Below the pieces are notes generated by a model that was not told the DNA's origin, searched no databases, and saw nothing but the letters and a program-made list of their open reading frames with translations. From positions 21,792-85,791 of the forward strand of contig CAZDKK010000014.1 in the NCBI GenBank assembly GCA_964506245.1: 64,000 nucleotides of DNA, written 5' to 3'. Made by a program: the position numbers and the translations under genes. The stretch comes from an uncultured bacterium. Its GTDB lineage: Bacteria > Eisenbacteria > RBG-16-71-46 > CAIMUX01 > WJJG01. Below are positions 53,809 through 62,614 of the stretch, piece after piece (position 1 is the first letter of the stretch; each line of letters starts with the position of its first letter).

Positions 53809-54618
53809 TTACTGCTCGATTCGATACACCACATCCGCGATTCGCTGCGGCTCTCCCCCACCCGCCTCGTAGAGGCACCAGAGGTCGTAGCGCCGCACGG
53901 GTCGGTAGGCCAACGTCGCGATCGAGATCTCGGAGCGCCGCTCGACCGGCAGCTCGCTCAGGGCGCCGCGCATGAGGCGCCGCACCGCCTTCGTCACCCG
54001 CGATGCGAGGATGCGAACCGCGGCCCCCTCGCCGAGGGCCGCCGACACTTCGGCCACTTGCTGTTGCGCCGCGGGCGACAGAGGCTCCGAGGAATTCGAG
54101 CCTTGGCCTGCGGTTGCGGCCGCCCCCGCGCTCGTGGCGGGCTGCAGCATCTTCGCGTCGATCGTCAGCGCCGCGCACTGGTCGCCTTCGAACCAGCGAT
54201 CCCGGAAGAAGCCGGCATCCTCGTAGGCGAAGGGGTCGGCACCCCCCTCCAGGTAATCATTGTGGGGGATCGTCAGGAGCTGGTGGAACCAGGCCATACG
54301 CCCACCCGCGTCTACGCCCTGTCGCAGGACTTTGCCCACCAGGTGCGTCGTGCCGGCGCCGTCATCGCTCCGGGGGATCGCGCCGGCACCATCTTCGCCC
54401 CGCGGGGTCACACTGCCCCCCACACCCGCATCCCCGCTCGGCACGGCCACGTGATACAAGGCGCCGCCGAAGTCCGGCGTCAGGATCTCGCCCCACGACT
54501 TGCACGCCTCCACGGCCTGCTGGGCGAGCTTGGGCGTAATGCCCTCGGAGCGCGAGACCAGCGTGAATCCCTGTGTGAAGGTGAACGTGCCGTAGACGAG
54601 CTGTTCGACGCGGATCAT
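53809..54618 (-). CDS. Hypothetical protein (unknown function, co-operonic with the GTPase)
   Basis: ~270 aa, GGGGA RBS, no TM helices, Gly/Ala-rich low-complexity stretches, no domain recognised. Confidence 0.45.
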   Translation of the reverse strand: MIRVEQLVYGTFTFTQGFTLVSRSEGITPKLAQQAVEACKSWGEILTPDFGGALYHVAVPSGDAGVGGSVTPRGEDGAGAIPRSDDGAGTTHLVGKVLRQGVDAGGRMAWFHQLLTIPHNDYLEGGADPFAYEDAGFFRDRWFEGDQCAALTIDAKMLQPATSAGAAATAGQGSNSSEPLSPAAQQQVAEVSAALGEGAAVRILASRVTKAVRRLMRGALSELPVERRSEISIATLAYRPVRRYDLWCLYEAGGGEPQRIADVVYRIEQ

Positions 54619-54691
54619 CACGTCCCCTTCGCCAGAGGCCTACACCGGGCGCATCCCCTGCGCCCATCGACTGCGCGTCGACGCCGCTGCA

Positions 54692-57049
54692 TCAGAGGTT
54701 CGGCAGCGCCGTCGTCAAATCGGGGAAAGCGACCGTCACCCCCAGGTTCCCGCGGAAGACATGCCGGCCGCCATCCTCCTGGATCTGGAAGAGCGCCCAG
54801 CGGCCGCTCACCTCCCACTCGTCGACGATCTTGTTGCCGGTGCTCTTCGGGTCGGTCTTCTCGATGCCGATCTTGACCGCGTCGCCCGGCTTCCAGCGCA
54901 GGCGTCCGGGCAGCCCGGGCTCGATGTCAGTCGGGTCCCAGGCGTTGGTCTCGGTGTTCCACACGCGCAGATGATAGCCCCGCGGGCACTCGCTGGCTTC
55001 GACCTTGACCAGCATGCCGCTCTTCTCGACCGCTTCGATCTTGCCGAGGAAGCGCTGGACGCGCTGCGCGTCGGGCGTGCCGGCGAAATCGCGCGTAAAG
55101 TTGCGCAGGCGCCCTTTGAACGCCTCGCTGAAACGGTAGTCCAGGCCGCTGCCCTCCATGTCCTGGATGATGCTGTCCAGCTCCTCGCCCGCGCCGGCCG
55201 ACGCCACTTCCTGGCCCAGGCCGCTCAGGCTGGACGCAATGCGCCCACCGATCGCCTGGCCGTTGACCGGACCGATGCTGCGGAGCTGCGCCGCGATGCC
55301 CGCCAGCTCGTCGGGATTGTCCTGGGCCCCGATCGCCCGCTCGAGCAGCCCGCCGATCTCGCGCACGTTGACGTAGGTCGTGCGCCACGGCCCGGTGTCC
55401 TGCAGGTCATCGGCATAGGCCTCGACGTACGCCTTGCACAGGTCGTTGATCCGCTGCAAAGCCGACCACGAGCGCCCGCCCAGACCCGCGACGCCGCGGA
55501 TGATCTGGTCGAGGTCCTGGCTGCGCACGTCCCCCATCACGCCGGTCTGCCGCTGCCGCCAGCGGCTCTGCCACTCGCTCACGTTCTCGGGCCGGAAGAG
55601 CTGCTTGATCGCCGCATCGACGTCTGCCGGGGCCGCGCGCGAGCCGGCGAGCATCGGCTGCAGGCGCCGCTCGACGAAGGCGCGGTCCCACTCGCCCTCG
55701 CGCCGCGCGAGCGTCTCGTCGCACGAGCGGTACTCCTGCGACGCGGAGGGGAACTGGTCGCGCATCTCGCGCATCGCCCGGCGGGCTTCGGAGAACTCCT
55801 CATAGGCAAGACCCGGCACCGCGTCGCGCATCTTGGCCGAGAGCGCGCGGGCCTGTTCGTACTGGAGGATGAGGCCGGCCGTCTCGCGGAATTCGGGCTT
55901 GAAGAAACCAGCCAGCAGGCTGTTGCGATAGCCCTCGAGCGCGTCGACCTTCTCCGCGGCCGTGCCGCCGCCCACGCCGCCCAGGCCGGCGAGCTTGCGG
56001 ATCTTCTGGATGCGCCCCTCGTGCCAGGCGTTGACCAGCGAGAAGAGGATGATGAACACTGCCGCCGCCCCGGCGATCCACCACTTGATCCGCTGCGCGA
56101 TGAGCGCCTTGCGCTTCTCCATGAGGAGGTGCACCGACCAGACGAAGGGCCGCTCCAGTCCGACCGGCCGCAGGTCCTTCGGCGGCCGCGTCTCGCCCGC
56201 CGGCGTGCGCTCGAGCCCGCCGGTCGAGGAGATGAAGAAGATCTGCAGGTCGGGTGACTTGGTCAGGCAGTAGTCCACGAGGGGTTTCAGCAGCGAGAGC
56301 GCGCGGTCGACCTGGTCGCGCCAGGGCAGATGGCGCGCGACGTGCGGCTGCTGCAGGACGGCCGAGACGAAGCTGTCGTAGCCGCGATAGCGCGAGTAGC
56401 GGATGGTGTCGCCGACCAGGACCACCTGGTCCTCGCCCTGGAAGCCGTCGAGCAGGTCGGCCTTGGTGATGACGACCGCCACCGGGATCTTCAGGCGATT
56501 GCGCGCGCCCTCGACGAGCTGCGCGAGCATCAGCTCGAACGAGTCGATCTTCTTGCGCCGGCGCACGCTGGCCTCGCGCCCCTCGACGATCAGGTCCTCG
56601 GCGTCGACCAGCACGAAGACGGCGTCGCAGCTCTCGAAGTATTCGAGGAACCCCTTGCCCGTCTCGACCTCGCGATCGATCGAGATGCTCTCACCCTGGT
56701 AGTCCTGCGACTCGAACGGGTAGCGGATGGTCGTGTCGATCACCGCCGTGAAGCGGTAGAGGCGCTCGGTCGCGGTGGGCGGCGGCCACTGCCCGGCGGC
56801 GAGCAGGTCGAAGTAGCTGCTCATGTCCTGGCGCGTCTGGAAGTCGTCGGTCTCGAGGGAGAAGTCGCGCCGGCCGTGTGTCTTGTGCCACAGCATCGTC
56901 AGGAAGACGGTCTTGCCCGCCCGCGTATGACCGAAGATGCCGATCTTGCGTTCTTTCGGGCGGCGTCCTCCACGCTTGGCCTGCGCCTTGGCCGCCTGTC
57001 CTTGCACCTTCTTGGCCTGCGTCGCGCCTTTCTTGAGCAACTTGAACAT
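54692..57049 (-). CDS. Membrane-anchored P-loop GTPase with large periplasmic C-terminal region (TssM/IcmF-like topology, hypothesis)
   Basis: G1 GIFGHTRAGKT, G3 DYQGE, G4-like VVITKADL. A single TM (IKWWIAGAAAVFIILFSLV) lies at ~aa 300, then ~460 aa of predicted periplasmic region. The ATG is 3 nt after the upstream gene's TGA. Confidence 0.6.
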   Translation of the reverse strand: MFKLLKKGATQAKKVQGQAAKAQAKRGGRRPKERKIGIFGHTRAGKTVFLTMLWHKTHGRRDFSLETDDFQTRQDMSSYFDLLAAGQWPPPTATERLYRFTAVIDTTIRYPFESQDYQGESISIDREVETGKGFLEYFESCDAVFVLVDAEDLIVEGREASVRRRKKIDSFELMLAQLVEGARNRLKIPVAVVITKADLLDGFQGEDQVVLVGDTIRYSRYRGYDSFVSAVLQQPHVARHLPWRDQVDRALSLLKPLVDYCLTKSPDLQIFFISSTGGLERTPAGETRPPKDLRPVGLERPFVWSVHLLMEKRKALIAQRIKWWIAGAAAVFIILFSLVNAWHEGRIQKIRKLAGLGGVGGGTAAEKVDALEGYRNSLLAGFFKPEFRETAGLILQYEQARALSAKMRDAVPGLAYEEFSEARRAMREMRDQFPSASQEYRSCDETLARREGEWDRAFVERRLQPMLAGSRAAPADVDAAIKQLFRPENVSEWQSRWRQRQTGVMGDVRSQDLDQIIRGVAGLGGRSWSALQRINDLCKAYVEAYADDLQDTGPWRTTYVNVREIGGLLERAIGAQDNPDELAGIAAQLRSIGPVNGQAIGGRIASSLSGLGQEVASAGAGEELDSIIQDMEGSGLDYRFSEAFKGRLRNFTRDFAGTPDAQRVQRFLGKIEAVEKSGMLVKVEASECPRGYHLRVWNTETNAWDPTDIEPGLPGRLRWKPGDAVKIGIEKTDPKSTGNKIVDEWEVSGRWALFQIQEDGGRHVFRGNLGVTVAFPDLTTALPNL

Positions 57050-57052
57050 GGC

Positions 57053-57964
57053 TCACTCCACCCGGCCGGCTTCTTGGTAGTAGCGCTCGAGGATCTGCAC
57101 CTGCTGTCCCTGGCGCCAGCCCCAGAAGGCCAAGGTCAAGAGGACGAGGACCACGGCGATGGCCATGTAGGCGAGCTGCATCCGGTAGACCATCTTCCAG
57201 CGGCTCAGGCGCCCGAAGGTCGCGCGCCCGCGCCCCAGCGAGGCGAACCACTTGCGCACGCGCGCCCAGAAGCCCTCGCGCGCGATGTAGCCGTGGCGCT
57301 CGAGGAAGTAGCCCAACGAGCGCCGGACCGGCGCGACCTCCTGGAAGAAGCCGGCCTCGGCCAGACGCTGTTCGAGCGTGTGCGCCTTCAGCGCGAGGTT
57401 GGGGACGTCGCTGTGGCGCACGCGCCGGCGCCCAAGCTCGAGCAGCAGCGTATCGGTCCGCGCCTCGCGGACGCTGTCGATCGTCTGATCGTCGCGCCAG
57501 TGGCCGCCGGGGTCCTTGTCCTCGAGGAAGCGGGAGACCTCGTGCACCAGGTAGTAGCGCAACCGGTCGGCATCCTGGAGCGCGGCCTCGTCGAAAATGA
57601 GCGGCACAAGCTCGTCGTAGATGAACGGCCCGTCGATGGACGAGGTCGTGCGCTTCTCCTGCGACAGCTCGTAGCCCTTGCGGTGGCCGCGACCCTCGTT
57701 GGCGTAGTTCTCGAAGAGCGTCGCCAGGAAGTGCGCGATGATGACGCGCAGGCCGGGTTTGTCGAAGTCGATCGGCTGGATCAGCTCGTAGAGCTTCTGA
57801 TCCATCTCGGTGAGGCGCGCGTCGTTGCCGCGCAGGTTCTTGAAGTCGTCCAGCACGCCGATCAGGTTGCGCTCGAGGCTGTCCTGGTTGAGCGCCCCGG
57901 GATCGCGGTCGAACGCCTCGGCCTGGCGGAAGACTTCCTCCAGTTGCTCGATGCCGACGCCCAT
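57053..57964 (-). CDS. C-terminally TM-anchored cytoplasmic protein (TssL/DotU-like topology, hypothesis)
   Basis: AAGGAG RBS 9 nt upstream of the ATG; ~260-aa helical cytoplasmic part; single TM MAIAVVLVLLTLAFWGW near the C-terminus. Confidence 0.5.
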   Translation of the reverse strand: MGVGIEQLEEVFRQAEAFDRDPGALNQDSLERNLIGVLDDFKNLRGNDARLTEMDQKLYELIQPIDFDKPGLRVIIAHFLATLFENYANEGRGHRKGYELSQEKRTTSSIDGPFIYDELVPLIFDEAALQDADRLRYYLVHEVSRFLEDKDPGGHWRDDQTIDSVREARTDTLLLELGRRRVRHSDVPNLALKAHTLEQRLAEAGFFQEVAPVRRSLGYFLERHGYIAREGFWARVRKWFASLGRGRATFGRLSRWKMVYRMQLAYMAIAVVLVLLTLAFWGWRQGQQVQILERYYQEAGRVE

Positions 57965-57999
57965 CCCGCACAGCTCCTTTCAGACTCCCGGGTCGGTGA

Positions 58000-59457
58000 C
58001 TACAGGTAGTACACCCGGATGTCCGTGTCCTTCTTCTGGAGCAGCTCCTTGAGATCGACGACGCCCGAGGAGCGCAGCGTCAGGTAATTCGCATTTTCAC
58101 GCTTGTTGCGCTCGACCTCCATGAGGAGGTAGATGCGCCCCGGCCGCTCCTTGAAGTCGGGCTGCAGCTCCGGGCAGTAGAGCGGGCGATCGTCGTTGAC
58201 GCCGCCCTTCAGGCGGATGTCGCGCTCGTCCACGCCCGGGGCGACATTGTTGCGCAGCACGAAGAGGACGCTGCGCAATGCCCTCGTCTCCAGATCGCGG
58301 AAGTAGAGCACCTGGCTCTCCTCCGTGAAGCTGCTCTCGATCTTGTTCACCTCGAGCAGGTAGTAGTCCTGCTGGCGGTAGGTCACCTTGGGCTTGGGCG
58401 CTTCGGCCACCTCGCCGCCCGCGGAGGTGAGCTTCTCGCCGATGAACCGCAAGCAGTCGCGCGTGTAGTCGAGGAGCTGCGCCCCCTCGCGCATCTGGCG
58501 TCCCATGGCCTCGTGCACGTAGGGCGAGGCGACGTAGCGCGCAACTTTGTTGTGAAATTCGATGCCCCCCGCGGGCCCCGGCAGGCCCCCGGTCTGCAGG
58601 AAGTGCTCGTCGAGCTCGGATTTCACGGGTGAGGCCCCCGCGAGCGCGTTGGCGAAGACGCGCAGCAGCGAGCGCAGCGATCCCACGAAGAGCGGCGGGG
58701 GCGCTTCCTCCCAGCCCCCGAGATGCTCGATCGCGATGGACCAACCGGTGAGGATCGCATCCAGCGTGCCGCGCGCGGCCAGGTTCCACGGGTGCATGTC
58801 GGCGGCCGGCGGGGTCGCGCGCAAGACCTCGACGACCTCGTCGAGCGCCACCTGCCCCACGCGGCGGATCTCGTCGGTCGTGCGGCGCAGCGTCTGGGTG
58901 GCGCCGATCGTGAAGGCCGGCGGCAGGTACTCGGCGCTTTCCTCGGCCTTGTAGTTGGCCACGGCGATCTCGGCGATCTTCAGGCAGGAGCCGTCGCCGG
59001 GCGCCTGGGACTCGACCAGCAGCACCTCGTAGCTCGCGGTCCGGCGCGGCGCGTTCCCCGAGGCATCCGGCGCACCCAGCGGCTGCTTCTCCGCGCGCAC
59101 CCGCAAGAAGACGGGAATCGTCTGGGACGGCTGGGGGTTCAGCTCGAGCGTGCCGATCACCGGGTAACGCTCCTGGGCCTCGCTGTCGGCATCGATGTGG
59201 ATGAGCGTTCCGTCGCGCGTGACCGCGCGGCAGTGGAGCACCTCGACCCGCAGCCGGTTCTCGCTCTCGATCGAGGCGCGGACCTGCAGGGGCGGGGCAT
59301 CGCCCGGCGATGCGGCGAGCAGCCCGTGCAGGGGCAGCCCGTTGCGGACCAGCCAGCGCAGCGCCTCCTCGTGGTAGCGTTCCTGCGCCTCGAAGTGGGC
59401 CCGGGAGACGAGCATCCCGTCCCACCAGTTCACGGACGTCAGATCCAGTCGCCGCAA
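58000..59457 (-). CDS. TssK-like (T6SS baseplate family) protein, hypothesis
   Basis: Proposed TTG start at 59457 is 7 nt after AAGGAGGG; the upstream part of the track ORF is Arg-rich junk. N-terminus LTSVNWWDGMLVSRAHFEAQERY resembles the TssK N-terminal motif (V.WsEGmFL.PQHFQQ.D.Y); ~486 aa, which is TssK-sized. Confidence 0.5.
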   Translation of the reverse strand: MRRLDLTSVNWWDGMLVSRAHFEAQERYHEEALRWLVRNGLPLHGLLAASPGDAPPLQVRASIESENRLRVEVLHCRAVTRDGTLIHIDADSEAQERYPVIGTLELNPQPSQTIPVFLRVRAEKQPLGAPDASGNAPRRTASYEVLLVESQAPGDGSCLKIAEIAVANYKAEESAEYLPPAFTIGATQTLRRTTDEIRRVGQVALDEVVEVLRATPPAADMHPWNLAARGTLDAILTGWSIAIEHLGGWEEAPPPLFVGSLRSLLRVFANALAGASPVKSELDEHFLQTGGLPGPAGGIEFHNKVARYVASPYVHEAMGRQMREGAQLLDYTRDCLRFIGEKLTSAGGEVAEAPKPKVTYRQQDYYLLEVNKIESSFTEESQVLYFRDLETRALRSVLFVLRNNVAPGVDERDIRLKGGVNDDRPLYCPELQPDFKERPGRIYLLMEVERNKRENANYLTLRSSGVVDLKELLQKKDTDIRVYYL

Positions 59458-59808
59458 ACCGCCAGCCCTCCTTGCGCGCGGGCAAGGCCCGTGCGGGTCG
59501 AACGATAGGGTGCCGAGGGCGCCGGGGCCGCCACGCTCAATGCCGGGAGTTTGGCACAGGGCCGGGGGGGTGTCCAGGGTGGGGATGGTGGGGGCATGGT
59601 CCCGTCCCACCCCGGCGATCCGGTGCGAGGGAACCTGGCTCCGCCGGGCGGTTTGGATGAGATCAACGGCGACCCCGGGGACGGACCTGCGGCAGCGAGC
59701 AGGCACGGGCGTGCGGCGGTGGGCGAAAGGGGCTCGTTGTCCGAGTGCGCGAGCGGCTCTCCTGTGCCCTGAAGCCCGCAGTCTGAGACCAAAGGGAGGA
59801 TACTCATC

Positions 59809-60000
59809 ATGAAGACCAACGTCGGCGGCATCGACCGCATCATTCGTTTCGTGGTGGGCGTGGCCGTCATCGGCATCGGCATCGCGACCAGCAGTTGGTG
59901 GGGCTTGATCGGGGTCGTGCCGTTGGCCACTGCGGCGATCGGCTGGTGCCCCGCCTATCTGCCGTTCGGGATCTCGAGCTGCCGCGTGAAGAGCAGGTAG
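59809..60000 (+). CDS. DUF2892 (YgaP-like) small membrane protein
   Basis: [11 protein letters not shown] 8 nt upstream. 63 aa; GIDRIIRFVVGVAVIGIGI...LATAAIGWCPAYLPFGISSC matches the DUF2892 pattern (RiiR..lG.... ..G.CP.Y...G). Confidence 0.65.
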   Translation: MKTNVGGIDRIIRFVVGVAVIGIGIATSSWWGLIGVVPLATAAIGWCPAYLPFGISSCRVKSR

Positions 60001-60087
60001 CCGCCTCATCGGGAGCAGGTCACCGCCACATTCCTCGCGGGCGCGAGTGAGCGCTGGCCAGTGACGAAGCGTTGCAGGGAGGAACTG

Positions 60088-62496
60088 ATGCGCAAGCAGA
60101 TCATCGCGCGGGCGGCTCTGTTGCTTCTCTCACTGATCGCCACCTCGACCGCCCTGGCCCAGGAAACGCGCGAGGTGAGCTGGAGGTACTACCGCCCCGG
60201 CAACACCGGCATCCAGGGCGACTACTGCGAGGCCATCTGGATCGGCCCCGACGGCGATCCGTGGATCGGCGGCTACGATCCCAGCTTCGAGGAGGGCGGC
60301 GTCGCGAAGTTCATCCAGGCGGAGAACCGCTGGGTGAACATCTCGAACATCGACTATCCCGTCATCGGGCACCCCGACATCACCGGCACGACGCGGGTGA
60401 GCGACATCGTTCCCGACGCGCAGGGCAACCTCTGGATGGCGACCTGGCGGGGCGCGCTGCGCCTCGACCCCGCGGTCGGTCCCTCCTCGCTCGTGAACTA
60501 CGCCTCCGCCAGTCCGGCCCTCGCGAACGGCGGGTGCCGTGACCTCGACTTCTCGCCGGACGGCAAGGTCTGGTTCGCCCTGCTGGGATTCGGCAGCAGC
60601 ATGGGCGGCATCCTGCGCCACACGCCAGGCACCGGCGATTGGCACTACTGGACGGGTGGCAACCCGCCGCAGGGCGGCAACAACTGGCCGATCCTCGTCT
60701 GGAGCGTGCGGTCCGTGTCCGTGCAGCCCAAGCCGGGCGGCGGCTACATCGTCTGGGGCGATGCGGACAATGGGTCCTCGATCGTCGCGTTCGACTCGGG
60801 CACGCAGCTCTGGACCTACTACGAGTTCTCTTACACACCCGGCAGCATGCTCGACATGCCCGGCAGGGAGAGCGTGGACGCCGCGGGCAACCTCTGGATG
60901 ACGCGCTTCGTCGACTTCGTCGGTGGCAACGCCGTCTTCTCCCTCGACTACCGCCGTCCCGACGGGACGTGGGTCACGCCCCCACAGACCCCCATTCCCG
61001 CGGGCAGCCCATCGATCTGGGCTTTTCGCGCGTTCGGTGACCGGCAGGCGCTCCTGGCCGATGGCAACGGCCGGATCTGGCGGTACAACGGCACCGCGTG
61101 GCAGGACCTCGGCATCTGGCGGTCGGGCGGATACACCTACGACGTGTTCATGGATGAGGCGGGCGTCGTCTGGGCCAGCGGCACGGGCGGCGCTGCCCGG
61201 CGCGATCCGGGCACGGGCGCCTGGCAGCTCTACCGCATCACCAACACCAGCCAGTATGACCTCTTCAACTCCGACTTCTCCCTCGATGCGGCCACCGGCC
61301 ACGTCTACGCGTGCGCCAATGCAGGCCCCGGGTACGGCGGCATGACGATGTTCGACGGCACGCGCTGGATCGGGTTCAACGACTACACCTATGGCCTCGG
61401 TGTGTCGTGGCCGTTCCCCACCGACAACAGCCAGGCCGTCGGCTTCCGGCCCTCGAACGGCAGCGTGGCGGTCAATCCGACGTACAACGGCATCCACCAG
61501 TGGAACGGCAGCACCTGGACCAACCTGAACGGCATGAGCGAGAGCCGCGGACTCGTCGAGGATTCGCTCGGGCGGCTCTGGTCGCTGGGCAACTACTTCG
61601 AGCTCCGCTATCACAACGGCACGAACTGGGTCTCGGTGCCGAACAACGGCGCCTGGGGCAACAACATCCAGCCCGATCCCGATCGCCCGGGAACCGTCTG
61701 GGTGAGCACCTATGCCGAGGTCATCCGCACGGACGGCAACTACCGCTTCTCGCGGACTTACAATCAGTTCCCCGAGCTCAACCCCCAGAGCGACATCTTC
61801 GGCACCGTCGCCGCCGGTCACGATGGCATCGCCTGGCTCGGCTCGACCCAGGGGTTGTTCAGGCTCAACGCCAATACCGGAACCTACGAGTACTTCACCG
61901 ATGTCGGCGGCATCCCCTGCCTCGGCGCAAGCCCCATGGCGGTGACCCCCGACGGCCGCGTCTGGTTCGCCATGTTCGACCCCTACGGCACCGGCCCGCA
62001 CGGTCTCGTCTGGTTCGACGGCGTCGACGCGGGCATCTTCCCCGCGCCGCGGGATGGAGGGCCGCAGTGGGGCGGTCTGCCGCACGCGCAGATCCGCCAG
62101 ATGCAGGTGCGCGAGATCCCGGGGGCCTATGAGCTGTGGATGATCTGTGTGAGCCGCGGTCTGGCGGTCCTCACGGTGCCCATGGTCGATCCCGCCGGCG
62201 TTCCCCTCGCGTCCGCGCCGGTGCGGCTGGCGCTCGAGGCCCGACCCGGTCTCTTCAGCGGCAGCGCCGAGGTGCTGTTCGATCTCCCTGCGTCAGGCCC
62301 GGTGCGTCTCGCCGTGCTCGATGTACAAGGCCGCGAGGTGCGCCGCCTGCTCGAGGGCGAGCTGCAGGCTGGTCCGCAGCGGGTCCGCTGGGACGGACGC
62401 GATTCGGGTGGGCGCGAGATCCCGGCGGGGGTGTACTACTACGATCTCACGACCGCCGCGGGGAGGTCGACGGAGAGGACGGTGCGGGTGCGGTGA
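60088..62496 (+). CDS. Secreted beta-propeller (two-component-regulator-propeller-like) protein with T9SS-type CTD
   Basis: Signal peptide from ATG 60088 (or 60061). Repeated W/G-rich blades (GNLWMAT, GRIWRYNG, GVVWASG). C-terminus GVYYYDLTTAAGRSTERTVRVR. Confidence 0.65.
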   Translation: MRKQIIARAALLLLSLIATSTALAQETREVSWRYYRPGNTGIQGDYCEAIWIGPDGDPWIGGYDPSFEEGGVAKFIQAENRWVNISNIDYPVIGHPDITGTTRVSDIVPDAQGNLWMATWRGALRLDPAVGPSSLVNYASASPALANGGCRDLDFSPDGKVWFALLGFGSSMGGILRHTPGTGDWHYWTGGNPPQGGNNWPILVWSVRSVSVQPKPGGGYIVWGDADNGSSIVAFDSGTQLWTYYEFSYTPGSMLDMPGRESVDAAGNLWMTRFVDFVGGNAVFSLDYRRPDGTWVTPPQTPIPAGSPSIWAFRAFGDRQALLADGNGRIWRYNGTAWQDLGIWRSGGYTYDVFMDEAGVVWASGTGGAARRDPGTGAWQLYRITNTSQYDLFNSDFSLDAATGHVYACANAGPGYGGMTMFDGTRWIGFNDYTYGLGVSWPFPTDNSQAVGFRPSNGSVAVNPTYNGIHQWNGSTWTNLNGMSESRGLVEDSLGRLWSLGNYFELRYHNGTNWVSVPNNGAWGNNIQPDPDRPGTVWVSTYAEVIRTDGNYRFSRTYNQFPELNPQSDIFGTVAAGHDGIAWLGSTQGLFRLNANTGTYEYFTDVGGIPCLGASPMAVTPDGRVWFAMFDPYGTGPHGLVWFDGVDAGIFPAPRDGGPQWGGLPHAQIRQMQVREIPGAYELWMICVSRGLAVLTVPMVDPAGVPLASAPVRLALEARPGLFSGSAEVLFDLPASGPVRLAVLDVQGREVRRLLEGELQAGPQRVRWDGRDSGGREIPAGVYYYDLTTAAGRSTERTVRVR

Positions 62497-62614
62497 GGCT
62501 GCCTGCGGCAACGTCGAGCAACTCCGGGCGGGATGCCGGGAGATGGGGGGTTGCGGCGGCTAGACGGGGCGCGGCGAGGTGCTGCGGTTGCGGAGAGGAG
62601 GCGATCCCGATGCT

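Noticed and set aside
59458-60009. N-terminal 184 aa of the track ORF 58000..60009 (MRRLPALHAAARDPERQ...)
   Set aside because: Arg/Pro/Gly-rich junk translation of the divergent promoter region. A TTG at 59457 with an AAGGAGGG RBS gives a TssK-like N-terminus instead.
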